From: Octopus sinensis
Taxonomy: Eukaryota
DNA: 64,000 nt
Assembly: GCF_006345805.1 (NCBI RefSeq)
Contig: NC_043005.1
Coordinates: 81,344,001 to 81,408,000 of the forward strand
Direction of reading: 5' to 3'
Positions 12,611 to 25,857 of this stretch are shown piece after piece. A model generated the notes under the pieces. It had not been told where the DNA came from. It did not search any database and worked only from the letters and a program-made list of their open reading frames with translations. The position numbers and the translations under genes were made by a program. The stretch's first letter is position 1. The number at the start of each line of letters is the position of its first letter.

Positions 12611-14841
12611 CACTCATTTTCAGTTTAAATATCCTTGGATGCTGTATCTGTCTGAGCTTATGCATATATTTCATTTCTATCACAGAAATATCACTTTTCT
12701 TATAAGACCGTAGGTATGAGAGTGTTTGAGTTGGTATACCCCGGTGTGTATGTATCCATAAGGATAAGCATCTCTAATGGTAATATTGAACAAATACAGA
12801 ATGGTTATGAATATGCAGTGATGCATTTCATCACAATACGGTGATATTGATTTCGCTCACCAATTGTCTTTTGATAATATTTTTGTCCTTGTTTATCTGC
12901 GGATCCGTGTATTTGTAATAATGAGTGCTTCTACAACTGCGTGTCAGCATGCCACAATGTAAATATATCGGGTTTATTTATGTATGTATATATGTATGTA
13001 TGTATGTATTTATGTATGTATGTCATCGTTCAGTTTTACCTCAAGATTTCTTGAAATATACATACATAATTCATACACATTTCTAACCTAGATTCAAGGC
13101 TCCTTCATTGGAATTTCAAGATCATGTTTGTATGCATGTATATGTGTAGATTTGTATGTGTTGATTTATGTATGTATACTCATGGATGTGTATATATGTA
13201 TGAATATATGTGAATATATCTATGTATGTAAATATATGTATATATGTATGTATGTATATGTAAATATGTGTAGAGTAGTTAGAATATATGTATGTGTATA
13301 TACGTATGTATGTGTTTGTAAGTATGAGTGGATGTAACTATTTAGAATAGATGTGCAGATGTGTATGTGTGCATAATTGTATGTATACATGCAACTCAAT
13401 TGTCTGTCGTCTAAGGAATATGTAGCTATATTAAAAATACTATTCCGTACATATCCCTGCAAGTAATTTTAAATTAAAGCTTGAAAATTTTGAAAATTTA
13501 TTGTTGTAAAATACAGTTAGCAGATTTATAATGCCCGCAACTAAAAAAACTGTATACACACACACACCCACACGCACACATATATACACGTTGCTTTATA
13601 TATCAATTTACATTACCTGCCACGAGAAAAATTTACATTTGGCAATGGAATACTTTTAACCAATACGCATTTGTAACTAATGCAACTTCTAGAAGAGTGT
13701 TTATGTGCAGTCTGCTTTTGCAATATAACAAAATGAATACTATTTATGTAAGCATATATGTAAGGTTTTTTGGTGTATACATGTGTATATAGATGTGTGT
13801 GTGTGTGTGTGTGTGTTGTGAATATTTGTGTCTGTAAATATATATTTCACAAAATATTTCATGTTGAAATTTCATGTTTCAGTTTATGAGAATTCTCCAG
13901 TAAATTTCGCGTACAAATTAGAAGGTAATCAATGTATGAAAAGTGTCGTAGAATATATACGTATGTGTGCGTGAGTGTAGGTCTCTCTCTCTCTCCCCCC
14001 ACACACACACATATATATATATATACATATATATATACACTTATGTATGGGCGTGTCTTTCTCTTTTTCTGAGTTATGCCTATTTCAGTACGAATGAATG
14101 TAATATTATACTTGTGTGATATTTTCCCTCATGCTTTCTGTTTAAAACATTCTATTTAAAGTCAGAAAATACATTGAATTTTCATTCTTCAAACGACTTT
14201 TTTCTCATTTTAAAACAATTATTTTTTTATATATAGGAAATATGGTCCCTGATTTAAAATTTCAAATATAAATAATGACTTGAATCTATGTAAAGAATTA
14301 AAAGCAAATAAAAACGTATGTCTATGATAGTCATAAAACGAAATCTGTTACCAGAATTAAAATTTTGAAGAACATAAACTATTAATCAAAATATATATTT
14401 TTCCATGATCATATGTTACCAAATAAATATGTATTTTATCTCTCCATGTGCATAATAGTTGTTTAAAATTCAAGTTTATGAGAATTTTGATAAAATCCTA
14501 AATTCCAAGCTTGCGATTAAAATAATATTTGCCACTAAAATGCAGCTATCTCAGGAAACGTTTTGGAAAACTCTTCTTTCTGGAATCTATTGTTTATATT
14601 TTTTGTAAAGCAATTACCAAATTGATTTCAAAACATTTATTTCATTAACAAACATTTTATATAACACAAGGAAATATATCACATAGAAACAATGAATTCA
14701 GTTTACGAAAATATATTATATGTATAGAGATTGCCTAAACGTTATGTATAATATATGCTCTAAAATGATGAACAAGCTGTCACACGTGTTCTCACGTAAG
14801 ACTGTGAAAACTTTCGCAACAGAAATAGTGTAAGCAGATAT

Positions 14842-15238
14842 GGATTTTTTCGGTTTGAACGGCAGTTTTTCTAGCGGTGTCATATGAAATAGTCACCCAT
14901 AATTATGACTCTAGTATCGATCTATTGCATTTCAATCTGTTTTAGGGTTAGGGGGTCTTTGTTTCTTCACAAATGTAAATAAACCCAATCTGTTTCTTAA
15001 ACGAGGGACATATTCATACGGCACAGAATGTTTTCACCTCAATAGACATCATTGATTGGTTGAAATTGCAGACTTTGAAGAAACAAACAACAAATATCTT
15101 ACAAACTATAGATGTTTCTCAATAAAGCCAAGAGAAAAATATGTTTTATAAACACATTGTACCAGTATACGAAGTTTAAAAGTGTTTAGTTACGTGGAAA
15201 TTATTTTTTAAAAACTGCCGGTCAAACCGAAAAGATCT
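14842..15238. mobile_element. MITE, about 400 bp
   Basis: Inverted termini ggattttttcggtttgaacggcagttttt / aaaaactgccggtcaaaccgaaaagatct. Confidence 0.8.
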
Positions 15239-15689
15239 GCAGATATTTCTATGTAAGCGCGTTACAGTATCTCCACAATAAAGGATGAGATAGTTGTACT
15301 TCAGAATTGTTACTGATGTGCATATTTTTCCAGTGTTAAACTGTATATATATTTTTACATGTACTGTATTAGGAAGATACATCACAGCCAATCAATTTGC
15401 GAAAATTGACAGGATCACAGGAATAGAAATTAGTGAAAAGTAGTTGAACTTGTGAAAACAAATCAACTAATTTCTAACTAATTGACAGAAAAGAGAAGAA
15501 ATGACCTTCAGCATTGGAAAATGAAAAGGCTGAGATACCTGATAACTTTCATGCAATTTAATTCTGGCCGGCAGTGAAACAATCGCAATTGTTTCAGTAA
15601 AGACCTGTTTTGTAATATTCTTGAACACAATATTTATAGCAATGGTCGAAAATCATTTCTTTATTTTATATCTTTTAGCATTTAGCTTT

Positions 15690-16012
15690 TATCCTTTACT
15701 TGTTTCAGTTATTAGACAGCTGCGATGCTGGGGCGCATCATTGAAAAACTGTAAGTGAATGAATCGACTCCAGTAATTTTTGAAGTCGTATTTATATCTA
15801 CTTCTTTGCCGAACCTGTAAGTTACAGGGACGTAAACATACCGACATCGGTTTTGAAGCTGTGGTGAGAGACAAACAGACATAGAAACACACACTCATAT
15901 ATATTACATCGAGTTTTTTTCGGCTGTCATCTACCAGATCCACCCACATGGCTTTGGTTGGCCCAAAGTTACAGAAGAAGACATTTGCCCAAGATTCCAC
16001 GCATTAGAACCG
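15690..16012 (-). mobile_element. Diverged SINE of the 1931-2310 family
   Basis: Colinear similarity, including tail ttacttgtttcag and gaagacatttgcccaag. Confidence 0.8.
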
Positions 16013-16311
16013 AACATTTTTTATTAGATTTTAAATGTACCTCCTGTTATTATTCGTCCTATATGACATAAATCTCTTGTCCAAAATTCATAACAGGCGG
16101 TTCAATATATTATTTGTTCCAGATCTCAGCCTATTTTTAACCCCAGGAACATCAATATGTCATTTCCTGCTAATGAACCTACGGAAGCAAGGACATTTTA
16201 AGTACTAAAGTTAAGGTATTTCAATTATGGCCTCGGTGGGTAATGCTAATTTATGATATGAAAAATCTGAATTGCGTCGTGGTGAGGATATACACACAAA
16301 CGTATTTATAT

Positions 16312-16724
16312 ATTAACTCGCATTATAGCCCGGCGTTGCTGGGTTTATTTTCTTTTCGACCCTTTAGAATTGGAATTTTTGAAAGGTAAAAATGCTGCAT
16401 TATGTAGCTCGTTATTCTCTTTAAGTGAACATTTTTCCGGTTGAAATACACCGAAAATGGTGACACGGCAGTGAAAGGAATCGTAAAAAATAGGGATGTT
16501 CATAGTAAAGAAGCACCTTTTTGATATAAATAATTTTTTGTCTTAACATGGTCCGATTTGAACTTTTTCTTCTACGGAATGAAGAGCAAGCCTTCTTCTA
16601 TCATACTCTCAATTTTGGTCAACTTGCACCGCAGGTTCTTGGAGGAGATGGTGTTAGTTGAAGGCTGCCAAACCTGACACACACACACACACACACGGAC
16701 AACTTCAGATTTATATATAAAGAT
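16312..16724 (+). mobile_element. Non-autonomous Helitron/Helentron-like (HINE-type) element
   Basis: 5' aactcgcattatagcccggcgttgctggg and 3' (CA)n-cggacaacttcagatttatatataaagat match the end architecture typical of Helentron-associated elements. Confidence 0.55.
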
Positions 16725-16942
16725 TAGTAATATAAAGAGCAAAATTTACGCAAAAATCTACATTAGTTTACAGCCGTTACTTCGGTAAGAAACCATAAGA
16801 TGTTACTCATTCTTTCACAGCTGAGTGCGCTATTTCTTATAGCAGAAACAAATTTAACTCATGAAAGGGATTACAGAATTTCAATTCTGTTATTCATTAA
16901 TTGATAATCCGTTTTGTATTGACTTGATAAGTTACTCGAAAC

Positions 16943-17198
16943 CGGTGGTTCTCAACGGGATCCATATTATTATTGGGGGTCATCATAAGGCTCTGTTGTT
17001 AAGATTTGTATACAATGCATTGGTTGTAATACTACAATGCATAAAATATTTTAACATTTTTTTATACAATTCCTAAAAATATTTAATTATAAAAATCTAA
17101 TAGGATTTTGTTAACCATCAAATGGCTATGGGGTTCCGTCAGTATTAATAGGAATCACAGGGTTCCATCAATAAAAAGAAAATCGTTGAGAGCTACTG
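16943..17198. mobile_element. hAT-type MITE
   Basis: TIRs cggtggttctcaacg / cgttgagagctactg (3 mismatches). Degenerate 8-bp TSD ctcgaaac / ctgtaaac. Confidence 0.7.
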
Positions 17199-17265
17199 CT
17201 GTAAACCATAAGTATATTGAATTTCTTACAGCTGTTTACTGGTTCGGTACACCTCAAGAAAATTA

Positions 17266-17299
<34 letters not shown>

Positions 17300-17306
<7 letters not shown>

Positions 17307-17508
17307 GAAAAGTTCCTGGGTAAAAGAAAATGTAAGAGGATCAGTTAATCATTATTTATTCCACATATTCCCTTCTCAGATTCACACCCTTATTGCGGCA
17401 GCCCTTCCGTTTTCCTAAGCCCTGTAAAAGAACTCGGGTGGTTGGGCCCCCAGCCAGGCCTTTCTCTATACCCTTCAAGCCAAGAACTTTTCAGCACCTC
17501 CTCGTGTA
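17300..17508. mobile_element. Tc1/mariner MITE, left end eroded into (GT)n
   Basis: gaaaagttcctgg ... aagccaagaacttttcagcacctcctcgtgTA, a mariner-like TIR. Confidence 0.75.
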
Positions 17509-18029
17509 TATTTGTATATAAACCGAAATTAGCACTGCCAAATCTGTAAATTACACTGCATCTAAACAAGCATCTACTGAGTCATTTAATTACTACTGCT
17601 GTGAAAACAGTTGATAATTTTAAAAAGCATAGTTTTTTACACTTTTCAGTTTGTTTTAGTTTGCACTCAGTGAAAAGCATTTTTTTTTATTTTGAAAATT
17701 TGTATTTCCGTTTTCAAACACCAAGATTTTGTGGAACATATAAATGTTTTTCTGTTTTTTAAATCATATTATTTTGCACACAATAAACGTATGTGACAAA
17801 ATCAAATTAATGCAGACAATGCAATTATAATTATACCTTTCTTGACTGGACTTGAATTTCAATGATATTCTAAATTGTAATTTAGAAGCTAGGAAATTCT
17901 ACAAAATATCGATTAACTAATATTTTCTGCGTGTACTAATCAATGATGATTTTTCAAGTATGCTGAAATAAAATTATCTTCTATCAGACACATTGAGTAT
18001 GAAGCAAATATAACTGTTTGGTCGTATCT

Positions 18030-18195
18030 ACGTTTCTTTCAGTCATATGACTGCGGCCATACTGGAGCACTGCCTTTTAGTCGAAGAAATAAGCCCTAAG
18101 ACTTATTCTTTGTTAGCCTTGTACTTATTCTATCGGTCTCTTCTGCCGAACCACTAAGTTACGTAGACGTAAACGCACCAGCATCGGTTGTCAAG
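18030..18195 (-). mobile_element. SINE 3' half (1931-2310 family) abutting the mariner
   Basis: tttcagtcatatgactgcggccatactggagcac... matches the family tail. Confidence 0.85.
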
Positions 18196-18199
18196 TTTC

Positions 18200-18983
18200 A
18201 ACATCACCTCCATCGAAATAGTCACCTTGCGCGTTCCTACCACTTTTGGAATCTAGCCTGGAATTCGTTTTCCATAAGCGTGTCTTGGGCCTTCTGCGAC
18301 TTGCACTGCGTCTCGACAACGGAGTTACAACAGCGACCATTGGTTCGCATTTTCATCTTAGGTAAAAGATAGAAATTTGCAGCTCCTAAATCTGGCGAAA
18401 GAGGTTGGTGCAGAAGCGATCCCATGTCATTTTTGCGAAAAACTCTCGAGTAAGGAGAGACAGGTGACAGGGCACATTGTCTTGGGCAATAATCAAATTC
18501 TTTGCCCTCAATAGAACCGGTCGGTTTCCCTGAATGTTTCTTTTAAACGCTTCAAAATGTCACAGTAGAACTCTTGTTTGATGGTCAGCCTCTGGGGCAC
18601 GAATTCTCGGTATACAATACCCCGCATATGGAACAAAACAATAATCATGTTCTTGATTGAGCTGCGGCTCTGTCACGCCTTTTGAAGCATCCGTGCTACT
18701 CGGAACATTTCGTACGACCCATTGCTTCATCACCATATGTTCGTCGAAGCATGTTCAATATCTATGTAGCAGACATTCATAGTCTAACACAAAAACACAA
18801 AATTTCACTTTGGCTTTTGTCCCAACATCCTGTCCATGACAAAAAATCGCAGACAGACTGCAGTATGCACGTGATAACAGAAATACAAATTTCACTCGAC
18901 ATACTGCCTCATGTAGGTCACTGCGCCTGAAGCCGTTAGGGCGTTAGAGAACTAATCCGGAAAAGTTTTGATACCACTTCGTA
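18200..18983 (-). mobile_element. Internally deleted, decayed mariner transposon
   Basis: Minus ORF 18237-18425 HQPLSPDLGAANFYLLPKMK matches the mariner HPPYSPDLAP.DF.LFP motif, followed by a GDYFDG-type C-terminus. An N-terminal HTH remnant (LRRTYGDEAMGRTKC) is present. TIR reads tacgaagtggtatcaaaacttttccgga on minus from 18983. Confidence 0.9.
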
Positions 18984-21900
18984 TATATACGACCAATGAG
19001 AAATGGAAGAAATCAACAGTAAAAAAAAAATATTTATTTGCATTCTGCATCTTATTTGACGACAAGGGAAACTGTACACTATCGTTTCACTTGATAGAAA
19101 TGATTGTCAAATTCTTAATATTATACTCTAAACTCGTACAAGAGGAAGGGACACATTGAATAAAGTAATTCGAAACTGAATATATTGACAAAAAATATAA
19201 AGAAAATGAAATTATAACTGCCGAAACGCTTTTCATTTGAGATAAGCCGAATCAAGGCTGACAGCGGTTGAAACAGAAAACGCAGGAATGGAGAAATAGA
19301 TTGATCCTTAATTACAAACTGCGTTCTTGATGAAAACAAAACGATTTAATCAGGGAATCGCAATATATTACATTTTTTATTTTTAATATCAAATCAACTG
19401 AGTTTTGTATTTCCTTAATTAGGCTCCAGAAATCATTATTTGAATGTGGTTGATTAATCTTTTTATTCGAGCGAAATGGAAGCTAAAGTAATGCCAAGAG
19501 GGGTTTTTACTTTGAAATTATGGACAAAAGAATTACAACTATAATATTGTAGTTATAAATCATATTCCGTATTACATCTTCCCCTTTCTATATTGGTTGT
19601 CAAAGCATCAGGGTTTCTCATCTTCTCGTTCTTACCGTCATGTAACTCTTCTAATATCTTCTAATTCTCCTTCACTCCTTAGGCATTCCCTCACAAATGT
19701 TACTACTCTAAATGTTAGGCTTTCCATTTTCCACATAAGATATTTCTTCTATTATTTCAATTACTCATATAAATTTTTGCTGACGTAAAAGACTTATAAA
19801 ATAACCGATTGTGCTACCCAAGGTAGAACATGAATCTAGAAATAAAAAGCATTGCCAAAATAATAATTTAATCTTTTAAAGGGCAACGGTAGCAATGTAA
19901 ACGAAAGTACTACTATCCAGTAACACAATATCAGCAGGCAAAAAAGTTATAATGTAAAAGATTTCCGAAGCCCCTCGTATAAACTTGCTAATAAGAAGGT
20001 TACGACTTTGGGAGTGCCTCTGACACTGTTGTATATTGATTAGCTGCTATTCGCTTCAGCGAAAATGCATTTTATAGATATTTTTTACCCCTTTTTTATA
20101 ACAATCTTATTTTTTGTTTAAGAGGATCATTTAAGAACTATTGAGTTTTTTGTTAGTTTCTTGCTTTCATACCAGATTACCAACAAAATATCGACTTCCA
20201 AACATTACTCATAAACCGTGCTAAATACATTGCGTAACATAACGAGCATAGTGCATGTAAAACCCACAATCCTTATACATATCAAGACGCAGCTGATAGC
20301 TGAAAATTGGGAATTCCCCCTATTCCATGTCATATAATTTTTCTAACATTTTCATCAGTGTTCCTTTCATCGTTTCACTGAACAGATTCTTTTGTATCTC
20401 CGCTAATCATCTTTCTATTATATGCACGATACACAAATGGCCTAGCCACCGTTCCCAGTGTAATAATCATCGCTGACGTTTTCTCCCAAAGGAACCCTAA
20501 TTGACTGGATGTCTTCCTTGTAAAGCAGTCAGATCTCTAATTTTATAGCATTTGTTTCTCTTGTAACGACTCTCAATGCAACAACGTCAAAAGCCTTGCG
20601 TCCAATTACTTCCATATTGTGTGAGTCCGTGTTCGTAATGATGTATAATCAAACGAAAACAAAATGGAAGCACAAAGAACTTATATAGAAACTACATAGC
20701 AAATTTGTTTTATGCAAGTCAACAGAATGCTACAGTTTTCTAAATATTCTTTCAGCAACATCCATAGCAAGCTTCTATTTGTCAGTATTTTGCAGTAATT
20801 CTTCTTAGCTCAGTATCATAAATGAAATGCCTTAACTAATTCATTCAAATCATTTATGTAAGTGGTTTTAACATGCATAACATGGCATGAGTAAACATTC
20901 TCATATGAAAGACTTGTGCGCAAATCCATACATAGAAACAAAAATTATTTAGAATATTTAATCCGATAGATTTAAGTCTTGTTACACTAAATGTTTTTAT
21001 ACTGAGAATACTGTCATAACAATAATGCAGAATAATATGATACGTCGGATTTGTTGTGCTTTTCTGTCCGTTCAGTGCATTGCGGACTCTGTTCGTTTCA
21101 CCTTCAACCAAGTGGAATCAATAATATTTAGTTTCGAGAGGTATTTCTTAATTGATTAGTTATTCACTGGTTATTATTTCAAGGTGATTTCAGTAGACGT
21201 TGTTAATTGAGATACATTAAATAGCCAATTATTGTTCATATTTAATGTATCAAAAACAACTTTTACAGGCAAATTATAGTTTCTTATGGAAGAAAACCTG
21301 TGACTTTCGTGTCGACTGAGTACATATATTAAATATGATACATACTTATATACTTGTCAACGGAGTATGCTTATAATGCATATTTATACCCATCTAACAT
21401 ACATAGTAATATATACGCGTGTGTATGTGTGTGCGTGTGAGTGTGTGTGTTTGTAAACTTGAAGAGAATAATGGACGTGGTGCACGAGGAAGAATATTGA
21501 ATGCAGAATTTCGAATAATATTGTTTAATAGGAGTCGAAATTCACTAACTATTGACAAAACCAAAAGCTAAGATTTTCGTTATATTTTTGCGCGTCCACG
21601 AATGTGTGTGCATATGTGTATATAAATCGGCAAATACATAACTGTGGATTATAAATATAATAACGATATTTAAATTCAGGTTTCCGAAAGAAAAAGTAAG
21701 ATATATATTAGATTTTTTTTTCTCTGTACAATAACTACACATTCCATCGCCTGAATTATTTCATGAACATTTAGATATTTAAATCAATCTTCCACGCGTT
21801 CATTTCCTACTAACATATTTCCTTAAGGCTTTATGTGTAATTGAAAAAATAATAAAATTCGCTGTTGCTAAGACCATTTTAATTCGTCCCATTCTTCATA

Positions 21901-22199
21901 TTTTGTGGTCTGCTTATCTGCTTTGTATCTCTCTTTCATAAACTACAGAGCCGTACAGGATTTTAGTTTTTTTAGTTTATAATGAAATACGATAAAATCG
22001 ATAAAAATACATAATAAAGGATTAGATCTTGAAGGCTGCCGATTAAGCTGTGTCTGATAAGTCAAAAGAAACGAACAGAAAGCAATCGAACAAGCATACA
22101 ACATATGCTCATACCATCTCGAGCACACTTTACATATATATAAGTATATATGCTTATCTCACACTCACACACATATGCTTACGTATACATATATACACA

Positions 22200-22255
<56 letters not shown>

Positions 22256-22868
22256 TTATAGATAGAGAGACAGACAGATATATATATATATAGATAGGTG
22301 TATATATTATACATGCATATACAAGTGAGACGTTTGCAAATGTTTGTCTGTTTCTCACTCTCTCTCTCTCTCTCTCTCTATGTATATATATATATATATA
22401 TATACATACACGTATGTATGGATGTATTTATATATATACACGTATGTATGGATGTATGTATGTACATGCATGTACGTATATAAGCAAGCAGATGTTGGTG
22501 TATATAAAAGAAGCTTTCAGTATATATAGCACAAGTGTCCGATGCATAAATTTGAATGACAGCATCAAGGGGCGTACTGAAAGATATTACGCGAAATGTT
22601 CTAAGTTTATTAAACGGTTCTTTCCCTAAATGGTAAAAAAAAGGGAGAAGAAAAACCTAGTGATATTATTAACGATGAAGACTGGGAGATCATGTGGAAA
22701 ATAGAAATATAAGTATATATAAAGATACGAATTAAGATGGTTATGAAAAAAAAAGCCTACATTATATGAGATTTGTATGTTTGTGCACGTCTGTGTTTGT
22801 ATGCATGTGGGATTTTTCTGCGTATGTGTGAGTGTGTATATATGCATGTGTGTTTATATATATGTATG

Positions 22869-22911
<43 letters not shown>

Positions 22912-23124
22912 TTACGCATGCATGTACTGATACACACAAACACATACACACACACATGCAGACATCGCTATATTGTTACAAAGTTCGCTTTACGACCATG
23001 GACAAGTACCTTCAACTCTAGTACTCGACCAACCAATGCCTTATGAGTGTATGTTGTAGATGGAAACTGTGTGGAAGACCGTTGTCAATGGGGTCCTGTT
23101 TCGATATGTCAATAAACCAAAGAA

Positions 23125-23290
23125 TAAGGCGCTGGCTTGGCTGTGTGGTAAAAAGCATGCTTTCCAAATACATGGCTTTGGGTTCAGTTCTACTGCGTGG
23201 CACCTTGGGTAAGTGTTTTATACTGTAGTCTTGGGCCGACTAAAGCCTTGTGAGTGGATTTGGTAGACAGAAACTGAAAGAAGCACCTGT
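23125..23290 (+). mobile_element. SINE 5' half
   Basis: ggctgtgtggtaaaaagcatgc...gggttcagttctactgcgtggcaccttggg...gtggatttggtagacagaaactgaaagaag. Confidence 0.85.
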
Positions 23291-23396
23291 GTATATATTC
23301 ACCATCTACTTTAATTACTGCTTCCCATTTGCTTGGCAGACGGTCAGACCATCATTTAATGGTGTTGTTATTAAATATTGCTATTGTTTTTGTTGA

Positions 23397-23536
23397 ATAA
23401 AATTTGTTGAAAAAATCCACAATAATTATGCACCAACCCAATATATATATATATATATTATATATATATATATATAATATATATATATATATTGGGTTGG
23501 TGCATAATTATTGGGGGTTTTTTTCAACAAATTTTA
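23397..23536. mobile_element. Head-to-head pair of mariner (Hsmar1/MADE1-like) terminal repeats around (TA)n
   Basis: About 47-bp arms. ttgggttggtgcataattattg resembles the mariner TIR TTAGGTTGGTGCAAAAGTAATTG. Confidence 0.75.
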
Positions 23537-23873
23537 TATATATATATATATATATATGTGTGCTGTGTGTGTGTGCACTCCTCTCCTCCTACACTGTCTG
23601 CAATTTTATCCAGGCCTCTGAGCCATGACTCTTCCTGTCAATCATACACTACACACCTTCCTTCCAAGCACAGTGGAAGTAAGGTAGAACGTTAAAACTT
23701 AGTGCGTCTGCACAGCAGATTTCAGGGTCAATCTTTGCCAAGCGGCTTTACTCCGCGTGTCATAGCTTCATTATTATCGCAACAGTTCATCGTCATCATT
23801 AAAGAGACAGAGGGTGCTATGAGGTACCGGCATTGCTAGAAATAAGAGTCAAAACAACCTAAATGCAGTATCA

Positions 23874-24075
23874 TAATGACTGAGAAGGGTTATAAATTCC
23901 CGAACTGACGTAGCCAGTTCACCGGTTTTCTTGTAAGCTGACATAGTGAGTTGAGTTTAACCCTAGGCGCAGTAAAAATCCACTGATGAGAATTGAGATT
24001 CTCTGCATCAAAATTCGAAATCACCGGTGATCTGGCTACGTCCGTTAGGGAATATATCTGCCTTGTCAGTCATTA
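23874..24075. mobile_element. MITE with about 53-bp imperfect TIRs and TA ends
   Basis: Left taatgactgagaagggttataaattcccgaactgacgtagccagttcaccggt versus reverse-complemented right end taatgactgacaaggcagatatattccctaacggacgtagccagatcaccggt. Confidence 0.75.
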
Positions 24076-24539
24076 AGATAGTGCATTTGTAGCTAATATG
24101 TTGTTTTCATTCTTATTTCTTGCATTGCCGGTACCACTCTGTCACTTCAGTGACGTCTAGATATAATGAAAATTTTACAAAAAAAAACACCAAAAGACAA
24201 AGACGAGTGTGTATGTGCATACTTACATAAATACAGATAAGCATATATATCTATATCTATATATATAATATTTATATATATAAATATATAGATAGATAGA
24301 AAGATATGCATATATGTGTGTGTGCGCAAGTGTGTGTATGTATGTATGTATATGTATATATATATATATATATATATCCGTAGAAATATATATTTTTAAA
24401 AAGTTTTGAATGGGAATTCGTCCTTTAATTGGAATAGTTTCCAAAAAATTTCTAACGTTGTTTCTTTATAATTTACTTTAATTTTCTGGTGTAAATTAGC
24501 GGATATATGAAAATATATATAAGCATATTAAGTATATTA

Positions 24540-25115
24540 TTTAAATTATGAAACAAAGTTCAACAAATTCAATCATAATTTCTGTAAATGGAGGAGATTA
24601 GATGTTAACATGGATTGAAATTATTTTTATTCATGTAGCTACATGATCGTTTCATGCAGAAAGACAATTGTTTCATTTTAAGAATCTGGGTTGTTAAAAT
24701 GTATTCTTCAGCAGCAAATTTTAAGGAAAGGAAAAAAAAAGCAAAAATGACGTTAGAATTACACAGTTATTGTGTTCGTAATGTGTAATTTTACTTAGAG
24801 TCATGTCTATCTAAAACGTTGAACTCATAGTATTGTTTTAAATAGACATGACTCTAAGAACAATTACGCATTACGAACACCATGCCTATGTAATTTTAAT
24901 GTCTATTTAGTTTTTCTTTTTTTTCTATTAATTCTTGCTGCTGATGAATACTTTCTGAAAAAACAGTTTCTTAAAATGAATTTATTATCTTTCTGATATG
25001 AAACGATTGCATAGCTACATAAATAAAAATAATTCCAATCCATATTAACAGCTAATCTCCTCTATTTACGAAAAGTATGATTGAATTTGTTGACCTTTGT
25101 TTTATAAGTTAAATC
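24540..25115. repeat. Long diverged foldback (about 270-bp arms)
   Basis: Perfect inner 17-bp arms cttagagtcatgtctat (24794) / atagacatgactctaag (24842). Homology continues outward to aaacaaag..caacaaattcaatcat. Confidence 0.9.
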
Positions 25116-25134
25116 ATATACTTTATTTATATAT

Positions 25135-25184
<50 letters not shown>

Positions 25185-25189
25185 ATATA

Positions 25190-25464
25190 TGTAAATGTAA
25201 TATGTGACAATTATTCAGTAGCCATGATAAAAGTCCGAATTTCGGATGCCGAGGTGGAAATCCACGCCGCCATCTCTTCAGTTATACGGCCACCGGAAAA
25301 ATTCAATGAAAAATTATGGCGGCGTGGATTTCCACCTCCGCATCCGAACCCTGAGTTTTATCATGGCTACCGAATAATTGTCACATATTACATTTACAGA
25401 TAAATTCCTCTATTTACATAATATCGAGGTCTCTTTCATTCTTTTGTTGTCTTACCATTTTTAT

Positions 25465-25536
<72 letters not shown>

Positions 25537-25808
25537 AATGTAATATGTGACAATTATTCAGTAGCCATGATAAAAGTCCGAATTTCGGATGCCGAGGTGG
25601 AAATCCACGCCGCCATCTCTTCAGTTATACGGCCACCGGAAAAATTCAATGAAAAATTATGGCGGCGTGGATTTCCACCTCCGCATCCGAAACCCTGAGT
25701 TTTATCATGGCTACCGAATAATTGTCACATATTACATTTACAGATAAATTCCTCTATTTACATAATATCGAGGTCTCTTTCATTCTTTTGTTGTCTTACC
25801 ATTTTTAT

Positions 25809-25812
<4 letters not shown>
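25190..25812. repeat. Tandem duplication (period about 343 bp) of a palindromic MITE-like unit plus tail, separated by (TA)n
   Basis: Hairpins 25190-25398 and 25533-25742 each have about 84-bp arms. The copies differ by a single inserted base outside the TA tracts. Confidence 0.95.

Positions 25813-25857
<45 letters not shown>

Noticed and set aside
14941-14955. TTAGGG telomere-like motif
   Set aside because: About two units only, inside a MITE.
23983-24015. CTGATGA followed by a hairpin as a hammerhead
   Set aside because: The GAAA core does not follow stem II.
25190-25812. Repeat-spacer or CRISPR-like appearance
   Set aside because: Only two long identical units separated by (TA)n; no unique spacers and no cas genes; eukaryotic context.
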